The position numbers were made by a program, and so were the translations under genes. This document shows, one piece after another, positions 10,674 through 21,192 of a stretch of 64,000 bases of DNA (its first letter is position 1; each line of letters opens with the position of its first letter). Location of the stretch: the NCBI GenBank assembly GCA_011364965.1, contig RDOB01000002.1, positions 160,001 through 224,000 of the forward strand. The letters run 5' to 3'. Below the pieces are notes generated by a model. The model saw only the letters and a list, made by a program, of their open reading frames with translations. It ran no database searches and was not told where the DNA came from. This DNA comes from Candidatus Heimdallarchaeota archaeon. GTDB lineage: Archaea; Asgardarchaeota; Heimdallarchaeia; Hodarchaeales; Hodarchaeaceae.

Positions 10674-11135
10674 TTATTCATCCAAATTTAAAACTTGTGA
10701 ATCTTTAACCTTCTTCAATGTAATGGATGTATAGGTTTTGTTCACCCCAGGAATGGTAGATATTTTTCGTTCTACAATATCATGCAAATTTTCTATTGAA
10801 GCTGCGTTTCCAAAACACAAAATATCATGTATTCCCGTTGTTATTCTTATGATATGAATTTCTGTTATAGTTCTTAGAACTTTTAACACTTTATCCATTA
10901 CTGTAGCGTTAATATCAAGTTCACAGATGAACTCAATGGGGTATCCAATTTCCTCAGCTCTAAGTGTTAAAGTGAACCTTGAAATAATCCCTCTCTTTTT
11001 CATTCGTTCAATTCTATCGGAAATTGTCTGGGAGGTGACATTTAGTTCCTCTGCTATTTTATTATAGGCAATTTTGCCATCTTTACTTAACATTTTTAAT
11101 ATTTCGAGATCTTTATCATCTAAAGTAAATTTCAT
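10674..11135 (-). CDS. Lrp/AsnC transcriptional regulator
   Basis: LDDKDLEILKML..DG HTH plus RAM domain (ITTGIHD). Directly upstream of rocD. Confidence 0.93.
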   Translation of the reverse strand: MKFTLDDKDLEILKMLSKDGKIAYNKIAEELNVTSQTISDRIERMKKRGIISRFTLTLRAEEIGYPIEFICELDINATVMDKVLKVLRTITEIHIIRITTGIHDILCFGNAASIENLHDIVERKISTIPGVNKTYTSITLKKVKDSQVLNLDE

Positions 11136-11173
11136 GTCGAGATATCCCTTTTTTTAATGAAAAGAAAATAGTA

Positions 11174-12001
11174 CTAGCTATCTCTTTTATCAAGTTTCCA
11201 TAACATCCAAAATCTGTGTGCTACACTTGCTGGAAGAAGAGCAGGAAGAAGAACGATGAATCCTAGGACTATTATGCTGGTTGTTTCAAGTTGGATTGTT
11301 GAGAGAAACAGCCATATAGCTCCTGCTGATATAATATAGACGATAGTAAAGACTAGATAATCAGCAAAAGTATCAAAGGCCCCTTTTAGAAACCCAAAGA
11401 GATTATTGAAAATAATAATAAATAATTCAGCAAATCCTCTTATTAATAGGTAGAAAAATTCAAAAATTCCTCTAATGATAGCTATAAAAGTCGTGGTGCC
11501 TCCCATTATTACTGATCGAGCTCCTGCGAGAATTGAATCGAGTCCCAAGTAAGCACCTGGAATTGCTACCAATAATAAATATATTAAGAAGAGCATTATC
11601 GCTAGTATTTCATTAAAATCTGTAAAAAGGATTAAAAACCCTAATAGTACCGCAAAAGGTGCTATGAGTATTGAGAAGCTAACCAAACCATCAATACCTG
11701 GATTCATTTCTCTTTCATCTGGATTTCGAGAGAAGAATTGAACTGTGCGATTCGCTTGAGTATAAGTCTTTGTGGGACGAGCTCGACGTGTGAATTCAAT
11801 TCTAGATTCATTTTTCGGTTTTTTTATCGGTTCTACTATAACATTGGTGATATCAAAATCTTTAAATTCGTCTTTAGCTATTTTTCCAGCTTTTTGAATC
11901 TCTTGGTTTATAATATTTCCCGCTTCAACAGCTTTTTTCCCTAGAAATCGACCAAGTTTCTTTGTTTTACTTTCCTTTTCATCTTTCATGGGTTTGTCCA
12001 T
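11174..12001 (-). CDS. Hypothetical membrane protein
   Basis: Basic soluble N-terminus followed by four or more hydrophobic/amphipathic helices. Confidence 0.75.
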   Translation of the reverse strand: MDKPMKDEKESKTKKLGRFLGKKAVEAGNIINQEIQKAGKIAKDEFKDFDITNVIVEPIKKPKNESRIEFTRRARPTKTYTQANRTVQFFSRNPDEREMNPGIDGLVSFSILIAPFAVLLGFLILFTDFNEILAIMLFLIYLLLVAIPGAYLGLDSILAGARSVIMGGTTTFIAIIRGIFEFFYLLIRGFAELFIIIFNNLFGFLKGAFDTFADYLVFTIVYIISAGAIWLFLSTIQLETTSIIVLGFIVLLPALLPASVAHRFWMLWKLDKRDS

Positions 12002-12349
12002 CCTTCTTTATTATCTGAAAAAGCTTAATTCCCCATTTTTAAGTCTTCGTTTCATTGCGCACGATCTAAGTTCTTTAGCTCTATATAGTAGAATTATCAG
12101 GATATTGAATTTAATTGGTAAAGATTCATATCCTTAGAAATTAATCTTGAATTATCCCTTTGAAGAAGAAAAGAAATAATACTGATGATAATATCATAAC
12201 TAATTCAGAAATCCATGAATATTGATCTTAAATCTGTTAATATCTTCCTTGGGATTCTGCTTATTCCTTGAATCATTTAAAAAATATTAAACACTAGCAG
12301 GATATTTAAAAGAATTACAATTTCTGCAGGTTTTGATAGTCTCAATTAT

Positions 12350-13126
12350 TTGAATAGGATTGTGTGGGATATCGAAACGAGAAGTGCCAAAGGACAGGAA
12401 GAAATAATAAAAAATGAGTTTTTAGGTAAAGCATCTTTTGAAAATTTGATCAAATTCTTTCCTTTGAAATTGATCGAGTGGTTCTCTAGAAATCAGAGGG
12501 ATCTTCCTTGGCGAAGGACGAGAGATCCTTATAAAATTCTTGTAAGCGAAATTATGCTTCAACAAACAAACGTAGAGATAGTAATTCCAATTTATATGAA
12601 TTTTCTTCAGAAATTTCCTACAATCCAAGCCTTAGCTGCAGCAAAGGTTGAAGATGTGAAGATTATTACAGATAAATTAGGATATAAACGAAGAGGAGAG
12701 TTTTTACATTCTATCGCAAATCAAATTGTTAATGAAAAAGGTGGAAGAATCCCTGATTCATTGGATCAATTGCTAACTTTGAAGGGAATAGGCCGTTACA
12801 CTGCAGGAGCAATTTTAAGTTTTGCATTCGAGCGATCTGACCCCACAGCTGCAATTGTTGATGTAAATGTAGATCGCGTATTAAGTCGAATAACTGGTAT
12901 TTGGACTGAAGAACGCGATGCTTCTTTTATCAAAACGATTTGGACACTTGCTGAATCGATAATAATTCCAGGTAAAGTTTGGGAGGTTAATCAGGGAATA
13001 CTTGATCTTGGAGCAACGATTTGTGTATCAAAAAAACCAAAATGCGCTATTTGCCCAATGATAAAGATTTGTGAGTATTATAAAAGTGAATACCCAAAGC
13101 AAATACCACTTGATTCATTTTTATAA
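12350..13126 (+). CDS. HhH-GPD mismatch DNA glycosylase, short MutY/MIG-like, with [4Fe-4S] cluster and C-terminal PIP box
   Basis: LPWRRTRDPY, SEIMLQQT, LKGIGRYTA, VDVNV, C-x6-C-x2-C-x5-C; ends QIPLDSFL. No NUDIX-like C-terminal domain. Confidence 0.92.
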   Translation: MNRIVWDIETRSAKGQEEIIKNEFLGKASFENLIKFFPLKLIEWFSRNQRDLPWRRTRDPYKILVSEIMLQQTNVEIVIPIYMNFLQKFPTIQALAAAKVEDVKIITDKLGYKRRGEFLHSIANQIVNEKGGRIPDSLDQLLTLKGIGRYTAGAILSFAFERSDPTAAIVDVNVDRVLSRITGIWTEERDASFIKTIWTLAESIIIPGKVWEVNQGILDLGATICVSKKPKCAICPMIKICEYYKSEYPKQIPLDSFL

Positions 13127-13268
13127 TACTTTTCTCCTAAATTGATACTTCCAACTAAAAAATAGACAGCTAGGTTCCAAATCTGTTTTAAATGGAATCA
13201 AACTATGATGATTTACTAAAGATCATAATTCATAATAATTATAATTATAATCTATATAGACTAAAATA

Positions 13269-15764
13269 ATGCCTTATCATCGCAAACTATCGTCAGAGGT
13301 GTTTCCTCGAAAATTATTCTGGGAAACTTTTATTGAATTGGACCATTCAGTCGAAAAAAAACTCTTAATCGAAATTTTACAAATATCGAAGAAAAGAAAT
13401 CTCATTTTTGAGGTTTTGGATGAACAAGGTTGGTCGGAATGGAAAGATAACCCAGACAAATTAGTAAAAGGTATTGTTCCACTATTAATTGCATTATTTT
13501 GTGATAGAATAACAATTTCGATTTCTATATTTAAAAAATCCTTTCAATTTGAAGATTTAGTAGCTCAAATGCGAAGAGATATTGGGAGTAGTTCTTCAAA
13601 TAAAAAAATTCTGAGTTTTTTCAATTTAGTGTCCAAGCTTTTGGATCAATCTCCAGAAAATGATTCAGAGTATCCAATAACTTGTCTTTCATATTTTCCT
13701 TTGAATAGAATTCTACATATTCTTTTTGAGTCCGAAGATGAATGTTTACTTGGATTAATTCTAATTCAAGAGTTACTACACCATAGTGATCAACAATACC
13801 TTTTACTTCCCTTTCTATACGAAAATGGGGTTCCCAGTCGATTACAACAGCTTCAAGGACAAGTTTTTACTCCACCAGAAATAACTAATTTTCTAGCAAA
13901 ATTTTCATTATCAAAAGCTGATTTTCGCAAAATAATTGATCCTGCTTGCGGAACGGGACTATTTTTATTAGCAGCTTTGGATTATATTTCTCATTCTCAT
14001 CAGAGGACTTCGTTGAAATATATAATTGGAATTGAGAAAGATCCATACTTAGGATCGATTACAAAAAGTGCTATAAATTACTTTTTATATAAAAATCCAT
14101 CAATGAGCGTTAAGAGTAGTATTATTATACAAGATTTCTTTTGTTTAAATAATGAAGAAGAAAAAAGGCTGAAATCTGATGAAAAGGTTATTTATTATGT
14201 GAATCCTCCCTATACTCGACAAGAGAATATTCCAATGCAATATAAAACCTTGATTCAAACCATTATTCAGAAAGATTTAATTTTTTTTTCTAAGACTGGA
14301 GAAAATGTAAGAAAAGAATTTTCACGACGCTCTGGATTATATGCTTATTTCTTGCTTCATATTGCTGGAAAATTAAAAGAAAATGACTCTATCGGCCTTA
14401 TTATACCCAATTCTTGGCTAGATGTGGACTATGGTCTCTATATTAGACAATTACTTTATAAATACTTTCATATTCATACAATTATTATGACGACAAAGGA
14501 GAAGCTCATTCCAGCAGCTGAAGTTAATACAGTAATTCTATATGTAATTCGAGATTCCAAGAAGTCGATAAAGCAAGTAAACTACTATTTAATAGAGAGA
14601 AAAAGTGATCTAGCATTAATTTCCCTTGGTATGAGGGAAAAGATCCCTTTTCATAAGAAATTTGATCAACATGTATTAGATCCTCCAAAAAAATGGAATG
14701 CAATTTTAAAAGCCCCAAATTGTTATTTGAATCTCTTAAATCTATTAAATGATAAATTAATGCCCCTTAAAAGCATTGCATCTATAAAAAGAGGTTTTAC
14801 AACTGGAGCGAATGATTTTTTTTATCTAGGTAAACCTGGATGTGAAAATAAATATTTTCGATCGGAATGGGATTCTGAAAGTGGGGACCTTCTTCTATAT
14901 CTGAGAGATGATAGAATTCAAGAATTTTATCGTTTGGGATGGACTATAAAGGAGCCCATGTTCAGGATTGAGAAAGAATACTGGATGCATTCATGTAGGA
15001 ATAAATCAAAGGGATTAAAAATAAAATTTGTAGATTCCAAAGAAGTAGAATGGATTCCCAATTATGTAGTTAAATCCCCTAAAGAACTACAAAAGTTTGA
15101 AATCAACGAGTCTGAAATTAACTACGTTGTATTAATTATTTGTCACTCAATTTCAATTGAAAAGGGAGTGCAAGAATATATTCATTGGGGAGAAAAATGG
15201 GTTCCTTCCTCGGGAAGAAAATATCCTCTTAGGCCTACTTGTAAAACGAGAGCGAATTGGTTTTGTTTACCACTCTTAAAAAAAGAATCATTTCCTATTT
15301 TGGGAATGATGACTATCAATGATCGATTTGCATTTTTTTACAACCCCTCGAAATATTATTTTGATGCGAGATTTTATGGCATTCAATTGACAAATTCCCT
15401 TGATGAAATTGCTTTTATTTTTCTTTTCTTGAATTCTATCGTGGCAGCATTTCAATTGGAATTATTGGGAAGGAGTAATTTAGGAGAAGGAGGACTTGAC
15501 ATCAAAGTTTATGAATATGAAGATTTAATGATTCCCAACATTAATTTAATAAATGGAAATGCTGTTTTAATATCAAAAAAGATCTTTAAAGAAACAATCC
15601 ATAAAAGACCCCTTTCGATTCGTGAGGTAGATTTTGAAGATGAATTTATCAAGGTTAATCTTCTATTCAACGTTCAACTAGATCCTGAGGTATTAAAAAA
15701 TTTAAAAACCGAACTAGAAACTTTAGTTCGATTAAGACTAAGCAAAGCAAAATCATTTCAATAA
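13269..15764 (+). CDS. Gamma-class N6-adenine DNA methyltransferase (Eco57I/type IIG-like M plus TRD, no evident nuclease)
   Basis: GQVFTP, IDPACGTGLFL, NPPY, IKRGFTTGANDFF, GRSNLGEG. Confidence 0.88.
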   Translation: MPYHRKLSSEVFPRKLFWETFIELDHSVEKKLLIEILQISKKRNLIFEVLDEQGWSEWKDNPDKLVKGIVPLLIALFCDRITISISIFKKSFQFEDLVAQMRRDIGSSSSNKKILSFFNLVSKLLDQSPENDSEYPITCLSYFPLNRILHILFESEDECLLGLILIQELLHHSDQQYLLLPFLYENGVPSRLQQLQGQVFTPPEITNFLAKFSLSKADFRKIIDPACGTGLFLLAALDYISHSHQRTSLKYIIGIEKDPYLGSITKSAINYFLYKNPSMSVKSSIIIQDFFCLNNEEEKRLKSDEKVIYYVNPPYTRQENIPMQYKTLIQTIIQKDLIFFSKTGENVRKEFSRRSGLYAYFLLHIAGKLKENDSIGLIIPNSWLDVDYGLYIRQLLYKYFHIHTIIMTTKEKLIPAAEVNTVILYVIRDSKKSIKQVNYYLIERKSDLALISLGMREKIPFHKKFDQHVLDPPKKWNAILKAPNCYLNLLNLLNDKLMPLKSIASIKRGFTTGANDFFYLGKPGCENKYFRSEWDSESGDLLLYLRDDRIQEFYRLGWTIKEPMFRIEKEYWMHSCRNKSKGLKIKFVDSKEVEWIPNYVVKSPKELQKFEINESEINYVVLIICHSISIEKGVQEYIHWGEKWVPSSGRKYPLRPTCKTRANWFCLPLLKKESFPILGMMTINDRFAFFYNPSKYYFDARFYGIQLTNSLDEIAFIFLFLNSIVAAFQLELLGRSNLGEGGLDIKVYEYEDLMIPNINLINGNAVLISKKIFKETIHKRPLSIREVDFEDEFIKVNLLFNVQLDPEVLKNLKTELETLVRLRLSKAKSFQ

Positions 15765-15788
15765 AAGAAATGAAAAGGTTTTGAATTT

Positions 15789-18008
15789 ATGGTAAATATA
15801 AGTGTCGTTGAAAGAAAGCAAAAGGGACAATTTTTCACCAAAACTGAGATTGCAGTAAAAGTTGTAACGGAAATTTGCAATGACTTAATCGGGTATTTAG
15901 ATCAAGGTAATAAGAAAGACTATTCTATGTTTATAAACAAAATATTAAACATTAAGTTAATTGATCCCGCAATGGGTGATGGAGTTTTTCTTGTTGTTGC
16001 TTTAGAATATTTTACGAAAATCATTCAAGATATCTGGGGAGAAATAGTGAAAGATAATAATGTTCGTGCAAAGAATGATTTTAAAGAACGATTCAGGATA
16101 AATGGAATGAATAATGCTTTAACTGAATTAGATCGAGACCTGATTTGTCTTAAAATTCTATCTGAAATGATTTATGGAGTTGAAGTAGATCGTTTTATCT
16201 ATGAAAAAGCTATTCAAAATATTTTAGGTTTGTTTAATGTTCCTGAAGTTATAGAGATGGCAAAAAAACTCGTGAAAATTAAAATTAAACAAGGGAACTC
16301 TCTTATTTCTCCTTTACCATTAGAATTTAAAAAAAGTTTCAAATTTCTTTCTTTATTTAAATCAGAAATTAATTTAATTGTGAAAAATAGAGAAGCAATC
16401 TCTAAATTAATACTTGAAGGTTCTGATGTTTTAATTAAGAGAAAATTTATTGAAAACTCCCAAATTCGTAATTTAGTTATATCTAAGCTTAAAGGAGAAT
16501 TTTCAGATAGTAGTCAACTGCTTTACTTAACTTTGTTAAAGAAAAAAGAACAAATTCCTTTTTTTTGGGAGTTAGAATATCCTGAAGTCTTTTTATCAAA
16601 TAAATTTGGATTTGATGTGGTAATAGGTAATCCCCCTTGGGATAAATGGAAACTTTATGACAGAGAATGGCTAGGTTCGACTGTTCTTTCTTCTCCTGAA
16701 TTAATTAAGGAAACAATCAATGGTGCTCCATCAGAGTCTAAATTAAAATATCTTGAACTAAAAGAGTATTATAAAGAAACCTCAAAATACTTTAATACAT
16801 GCTATAAATGGCAACCTGGGGAAAAAAATCTTTATAAATTATTTCTGGAACGTTTTTATGATCTTACCTCTGAAATGGGTTATTTTGGAATAATTATTCC
16901 GAGTGGAATTCTAGGGGAATATTTTAGTAAATCATTACGAAAAATGCTTTTAGAGAATGTAAAATTAATATCTGTTACAGAAATTGTATCTAATAAGGAA
17001 ATTTTCTCTGAGGTTGAACCAGGGATTAGTATTTCAGTAATACTGGCACAGAAGAATACACCTGATGTTACTTTTCTCTTTTCTAAAGATATTCATTCTT
17101 TAGATGATTTTAAACAAGCTCAAATGCGACTAATAGAAATAAACAATACTAATCATGTTCGAATGAATCGTAATGAAATAATATCTACTTCCCCTCATTA
17201 TATCATTCCATCAATACGTAATAACAAGGAATTAGCAGTCACAAGAAAAATTATTTCATTTCCATCGTTAACGTCTAAAGAATGGAAATGTAAGACATCA
17301 CGTGGTTTAGACATGACCAATGATCGTAATATGTTAACAAAGGATCCAAACGCATATCCTTTGGTTGAAGGCAGACATTTAGTCAGATTGGGGTATGATG
17401 ATAAACACCCTCGTTTTTGGATTCAATCACCTCAAAGATATTTTGAAAAATTCCCTTTTTGGAGAAGAACTTTCATTGGATGGAAAAATTTCTCTGGTAA
17501 TCATAGAAGAAGAAGAATGCGAATAGCTATTTTCCCAAAATCCACTTTCATATCTAATAGCATTTTATGTCTTTATGATTTTCCTGAGCAGGAAGATATT
17601 GAATATTATTTAGCTGGGGTATTATGTTCCGTTCCTTTTGAATTTCGAATTCGACAGATTTGTTATGGATTAAATATCAATCAATTTATAATCAAAAAGA
17701 TGAATATCCCAGCTTATGAAATGAAAAATCCTTTGCACAAAGCACTAGTTAATTTAATCAAAGACTTCGAACCCATTGGGATAAACTGGGCTTATAGAAA
17801 AATGGAGGCCTCCTCCTCTTCCGCAAAATCAGCTCTCGAGAAAGATTATTATCTTTATATAGCCCAAATAGATGCATTGGTTGCTCTAATTTATAATTTA
17901 ACAAAAGAAGAGTTTATTGTTACGCTTCAAGCACATCAAAGGTTAGAATCTTCCTACACAGAAGCAGCAGTGAATTCTTATACAAAATTCTCCCAAAATT
18001 TTAATTGA
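15789..18008 (+). CDS. Gamma-class N6-adenine DNA methyltransferase (Eco57I-like)
   Basis: KGQFFT at residue ~12, IDPAMGDGVFL, GNSL, FFWELEYPEVF, GFDVVIGNPPW, NLYKLFLE. Confidence 0.9.
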   Translation: MVNISVVERKQKGQFFTKTEIAVKVVTEICNDLIGYLDQGNKKDYSMFINKILNIKLIDPAMGDGVFLVVALEYFTKIIQDIWGEIVKDNNVRAKNDFKERFRINGMNNALTELDRDLICLKILSEMIYGVEVDRFIYEKAIQNILGLFNVPEVIEMAKKLVKIKIKQGNSLISPLPLEFKKSFKFLSLFKSEINLIVKNREAISKLILEGSDVLIKRKFIENSQIRNLVISKLKGEFSDSSQLLYLTLLKKKEQIPFFWELEYPEVFLSNKFGFDVVIGNPPWDKWKLYDREWLGSTVLSSPELIKETINGAPSESKLKYLELKEYYKETSKYFNTCYKWQPGEKNLYKLFLERFYDLTSEMGYFGIIIPSGILGEYFSKSLRKMLLENVKLISVTEIVSNKEIFSEVEPGISISVILAQKNTPDVTFLFSKDIHSLDDFKQAQMRLIEINNTNHVRMNRNEIISTSPHYIIPSIRNNKELAVTRKIISFPSLTSKEWKCKTSRGLDMTNDRNMLTKDPNAYPLVEGRHLVRLGYDDKHPRFWIQSPQRYFEKFPFWRRTFIGWKNFSGNHRRRRMRIAIFPKSTFISNSILCLYDFPEQEDIEYYLAGVLCSVPFEFRIRQICYGLNINQFIIKKMNIPAYEMKNPLHKALVNLIKDFEPIGINWAYRKMEASSSSAKSALEKDYYLYIAQIDALVALIYNLTKEEFIVTLQAHQRLESSYTEAAVNSYTKFSQNFN

Positions 18009-18033
18009 GAAGTAAAGCGATCAATTGATTTAT

Positions 18034-20661
18034 TTATGCTTGTGAAGATAGAAAATCTTTGATATAAGCGATCTCTAACTCAGTAATTTTAAATAATTCA
18101 TAGATTATTTTATTGATTTTATCAAACTCACCAATAAATTTATTCGAGTTATTGAACATCTTCCTTACTAAATTTACCAAATACGAATAATTCTTTGAAT
18201 TTTTCATCAAAAAAATTGGAAAGTGTTCAATTTGACGTGGATAAAATTCATACACGTTGCCTAAATTTTTAATAGAGTTGAGTGCATAGAAAGTGAGAAG
18301 CTCTGAATTGAGCAATGAAAGCAAATAGTAAAGTATATCTTCCTCAGTTCGATATTCATCTTTGGGAATAAGCCAAATCACATCCTTTGAAGAGAGCGAA
18401 CCTAGTTGATCTAAAGCAAAGGTATTTTTTTTGGATTTATATGGTGAGACGATTTTTGGACGTTCCCAATCCATTGTATTTCTTTCATCACCTTTTCTCC
18501 ACAAAAAATATTTTTGAACCCTCGATCTGTCAAATAACAGCTCTTTATTATTTCTTAGATAATCCATGAGTTTAACATCTTCTAAAATATCCTTTTCTTT
18601 ATAAAAGGGAGCAAAAATCACTTTTCTTTTTTTATATTCAACAAAATAGTTTTTAATGTCTTTACCTTTGATCCATGTTCTCAAATTAGAATCTTTTATT
18701 CCCATCTCATTTGAAAAATAGTCAGGTTTGTTTGTTGTGAAAACTTTGTCACAACCAGTCTCCACTCCTTTACTTATATCAAAAAATTGATTCAGGGTAA
18801 AGTTTGAAGCTTCTCTAATCTTTTTAAGAATTTTAAGAGTCATTTCATTATGAAATATCCATTTTTGTGGTTTTAATGAATTTTGATGTACTTGTAAGAA
18901 AGAATCATAATTCAAATCATTTTTCGGAGTATAGCGAAAAACAGCGATAGAATTTGTTTTCATCTCCTTTTTTTTCAGTATTAATACAATATTACTTATT
19001 TGTACTTCATTGAATAAGGAAATATTCAAAAAATCGTGGATTTCAAGTATTTGAGCAGAATTTTGAATAAATTCTCGTGTTCTAGCTGCATAAACGCTAT
19101 GCAGTAAATATTTTGGCAAAATAAATCCCAATAATCCTCTTAAGGGTTTTAAAGCTTCAATGCTCCTAACCAGAAAAAAGTAGGAAATATCATTATTTCC
19201 TGTGTAGATTTCTGGATATATAAAGCTCAATCTTTTTCTCAATAGTAGAGGAAGATCTGTTAGAGCAATAAAAGGTGGATTTCCGAGAATAATATCAAAT
19301 TTAGGATTTTTTCCAATTTTGAAGTCTATCCAATGAAATAAATTCGTAATTGTTGAAGGTTGTAGATGAGGTTGAAGAATAGATAGCTCATTAGCCTCTC
19401 CCCTAGTCATTGGTGATGAAAAAACAGCATATAGAGTAGTATTTGTTTGAAATGTATTTGAAAACCTTATTTTTGTTAAGGAAATGTCATCTAGTTTTAA
19501 TTTTAATGATGTCCATCTAATACGATCTCCTTCAAAAATAAGATATCGAAATTTAGGAATTTTTCTGAATATTTCTAATAATCCCGAAATTGTATTTTCA
19601 TTATCGAATTCATTATTATTAACATTATTAAAAGTGATTCTATAAACGGGATACTTCAATTCTAAATTCTTATTAAATAAATCATCTCGAGAGCATTCTA
19701 TGTTATCATTTTCTTCTCTCTGGTTTTCATTATTTTGAAATCCAAATAATGAGTTCCCTTTATATATATTGCATCGAAAAGGAGTTTCTTTAGAGTTACT
19801 CGAATCAAAACTCCATAACCATAATTTTAATCTTGAAATAAGAATTGCTACTGTATCTATATCAATACCAAATAAAATATTTTCAACAATCATTTTTTTA
19901 ATCGTTATTTCATCAGTTGGGGTAGAAAAAGATTCAAGCATTTCATTAATTATATTTCCACAGGCAATTAGGAAAATTGAACTTCCAGTAGCTGGATCCA
20001 GTATTTTTAAATTTGAAATTTGCTTTATTATATGTCTATTATCTGAGGAATCCTCTAAGTGAATTCTAGATATCCAAGAATTCACCATTTTTTCCGAAAG
20101 TTTAAGAGCAAACCAATATGGAGTGTAAATTTGGCCAAAACTTTCTATGTCGGTCTTATATGATCTTGAAATGAACTTTACATAATCAAATATAGAAAAA
20201 TCTATTACATTACTTTCTTGATCATATTCTTTAGTATGGTCGTTGATCCAGACGTAATTTTCCTTAAATTCTCTTGCAATGTTTTTCCAATTGATTTTAT
20301 TCAATTTAACTTGATCTACATAATCATAATGGTCAAAAAGATTAAAACAAACCTCTTTTGGTATTATGGAATTTATAAAATTTAAAAAATCCTTTTCTTG
20401 AAACAAAATTTCCTCCCAGGTCGTAATCTCTCTATTTTTCTTATCTATTTTATTTGGATCCAAAAAAAATAATGAGATAAATTGTAAGAGGATTATTTTG
20501 GAATAATCCATTTGTAAATGGCTTGGAATGATAACATCTGCAATATTTTCATATAGATTTTCTAATAGTATGCGAATACTTCTTGGTAGTTGCTTAATGC
20601 CCTTATTTCTGTCCTTAAGACAAAATATTAGCTTTTCCTCCAACCAAGAGAATCTAATCAT
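18034..20661 (-). CDS. Gamma-class N6-adenine DNA methyltransferase with TaqI-like C-terminal TRD
   Basis: GQIYTP, ILDPATGSSIFL, FGIDID, GNSL, FDIILGNPPF, KGVETG, LLSLLNS. Confidence 0.88.
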   Translation of the reverse strand: MIRFSWLEEKLIFCLKDRNKGIKQLPRSIRILLENLYENIADVIIPSHLQMDYSKIILLQFISLFFLDPNKIDKKNREITTWEEILFQEKDFLNFINSIIPKEVCFNLFDHYDYVDQVKLNKINWKNIAREFKENYVWINDHTKEYDQESNVIDFSIFDYVKFISRSYKTDIESFGQIYTPYWFALKLSEKMVNSWISRIHLEDSSDNRHIIKQISNLKILDPATGSSIFLIACGNIINEMLESFSTPTDEITIKKMIVENILFGIDIDTVAILISRLKLWLWSFDSSNSKETPFRCNIYKGNSLFGFQNNENQREENDNIECSRDDLFNKNLELKYPVYRITFNNVNNNEFDNENTISGLLEIFRKIPKFRYLIFEGDRIRWTSLKLKLDDISLTKIRFSNTFQTNTTLYAVFSSPMTRGEANELSILQPHLQPSTITNLFHWIDFKIGKNPKFDIILGNPPFIALTDLPLLLRKRLSFIYPEIYTGNNDISYFFLVRSIEALKPLRGLLGFILPKYLLHSVYAARTREFIQNSAQILEIHDFLNISLFNEVQISNIVLILKKKEMKTNSIAVFRYTPKNDLNYDSFLQVHQNSLKPQKWIFHNEMTLKILKKIREASNFTLNQFFDISKGVETGCDKVFTTNKPDYFSNEMGIKDSNLRTWIKGKDIKNYFVEYKKRKVIFAPFYKEKDILEDVKLMDYLRNNKELLFDRSRVQKYFLWRKGDERNTMDWERPKIVSPYKSKKNTFALDQLGSLSSKDVIWLIPKDEYRTEEDILYYLLSLLNSELLTFYALNSIKNLGNVYEFYPRQIEHFPIFLMKNSKNYSYLVNLVRKMFNNSNKFIGEFDKINKIIYELFKITELEIAYIKDFLSSQA

Positions 20662-20680
20662 ATTTTTTTTAAGAAATTTT

Positions 20681-21142
20681 TTAGTCTCTTATCTTTTCAA
20701 ATATTATTTTTATCTTCCCAATTCCCTGATTTATTAGTTTTCGGGGCAAGTTTGGTTTAGTTTCCTCCACAAGAATATCTCCTTGCTCAATTAAGGTAAT
20801 GAAAACAGTAGTAATATTCTCTTCTACCCAGTTATCTAATTCCTCTTTATTCACAGAGGGGAAAGCTGAATTTGATTGCAGAGCTTGCTCGAATACCATT
20901 TGATGAATTCTCCTGTTTTGGTTCTCCTTCAGATCGTACCATAGATTCCGAATTAGCTTTCTTTCTTTTACTCGTAATGCTTCTATCTTCTGTAATATTG
21001 TCCATACTTTGGATGGGACTATAACAGACTCTTTTTGTTTCTTTTTGGACATTGTTGCTCTCTCTACTTCTTTTCGCTCTATATTGACCCCGTTGACTTC
21101 ATCAAAGTGTTTATCGTCTGAGGAGATCTTCCAATGTTTCAA
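20681..21142 (-). CDS. Hypothetical protein
   Basis: 153-aa ORF, co-directional with the MTase. The start may be a downstream ATG (MSKKK). Confidence 0.6.
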   Translation of the reverse strand: MKHWKISSDDKHFDEVNGVNIERKEVERATMSKKKQKESVIVPSKVWTILQKIEALRVKERKLIRNLWYDLKENQNRRIHQMVFEQALQSNSAFPSVNKEELDNWVEENITTVFITLIEQGDILVEETKPNLPRKLINQGIGKIKIIFEKIRD

Positions 21143-21192
21143 TTAAAAGATATGTATTTAATATATTTTTGGATTTATCCCTTCTGTTCTCT

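Noticed and set aside
13269-20661. Integrated mobile element, BREX or DISARM system
   Set aside because: No integrase, transposase, att repeats, PglZ, ATPase or helicase is visible
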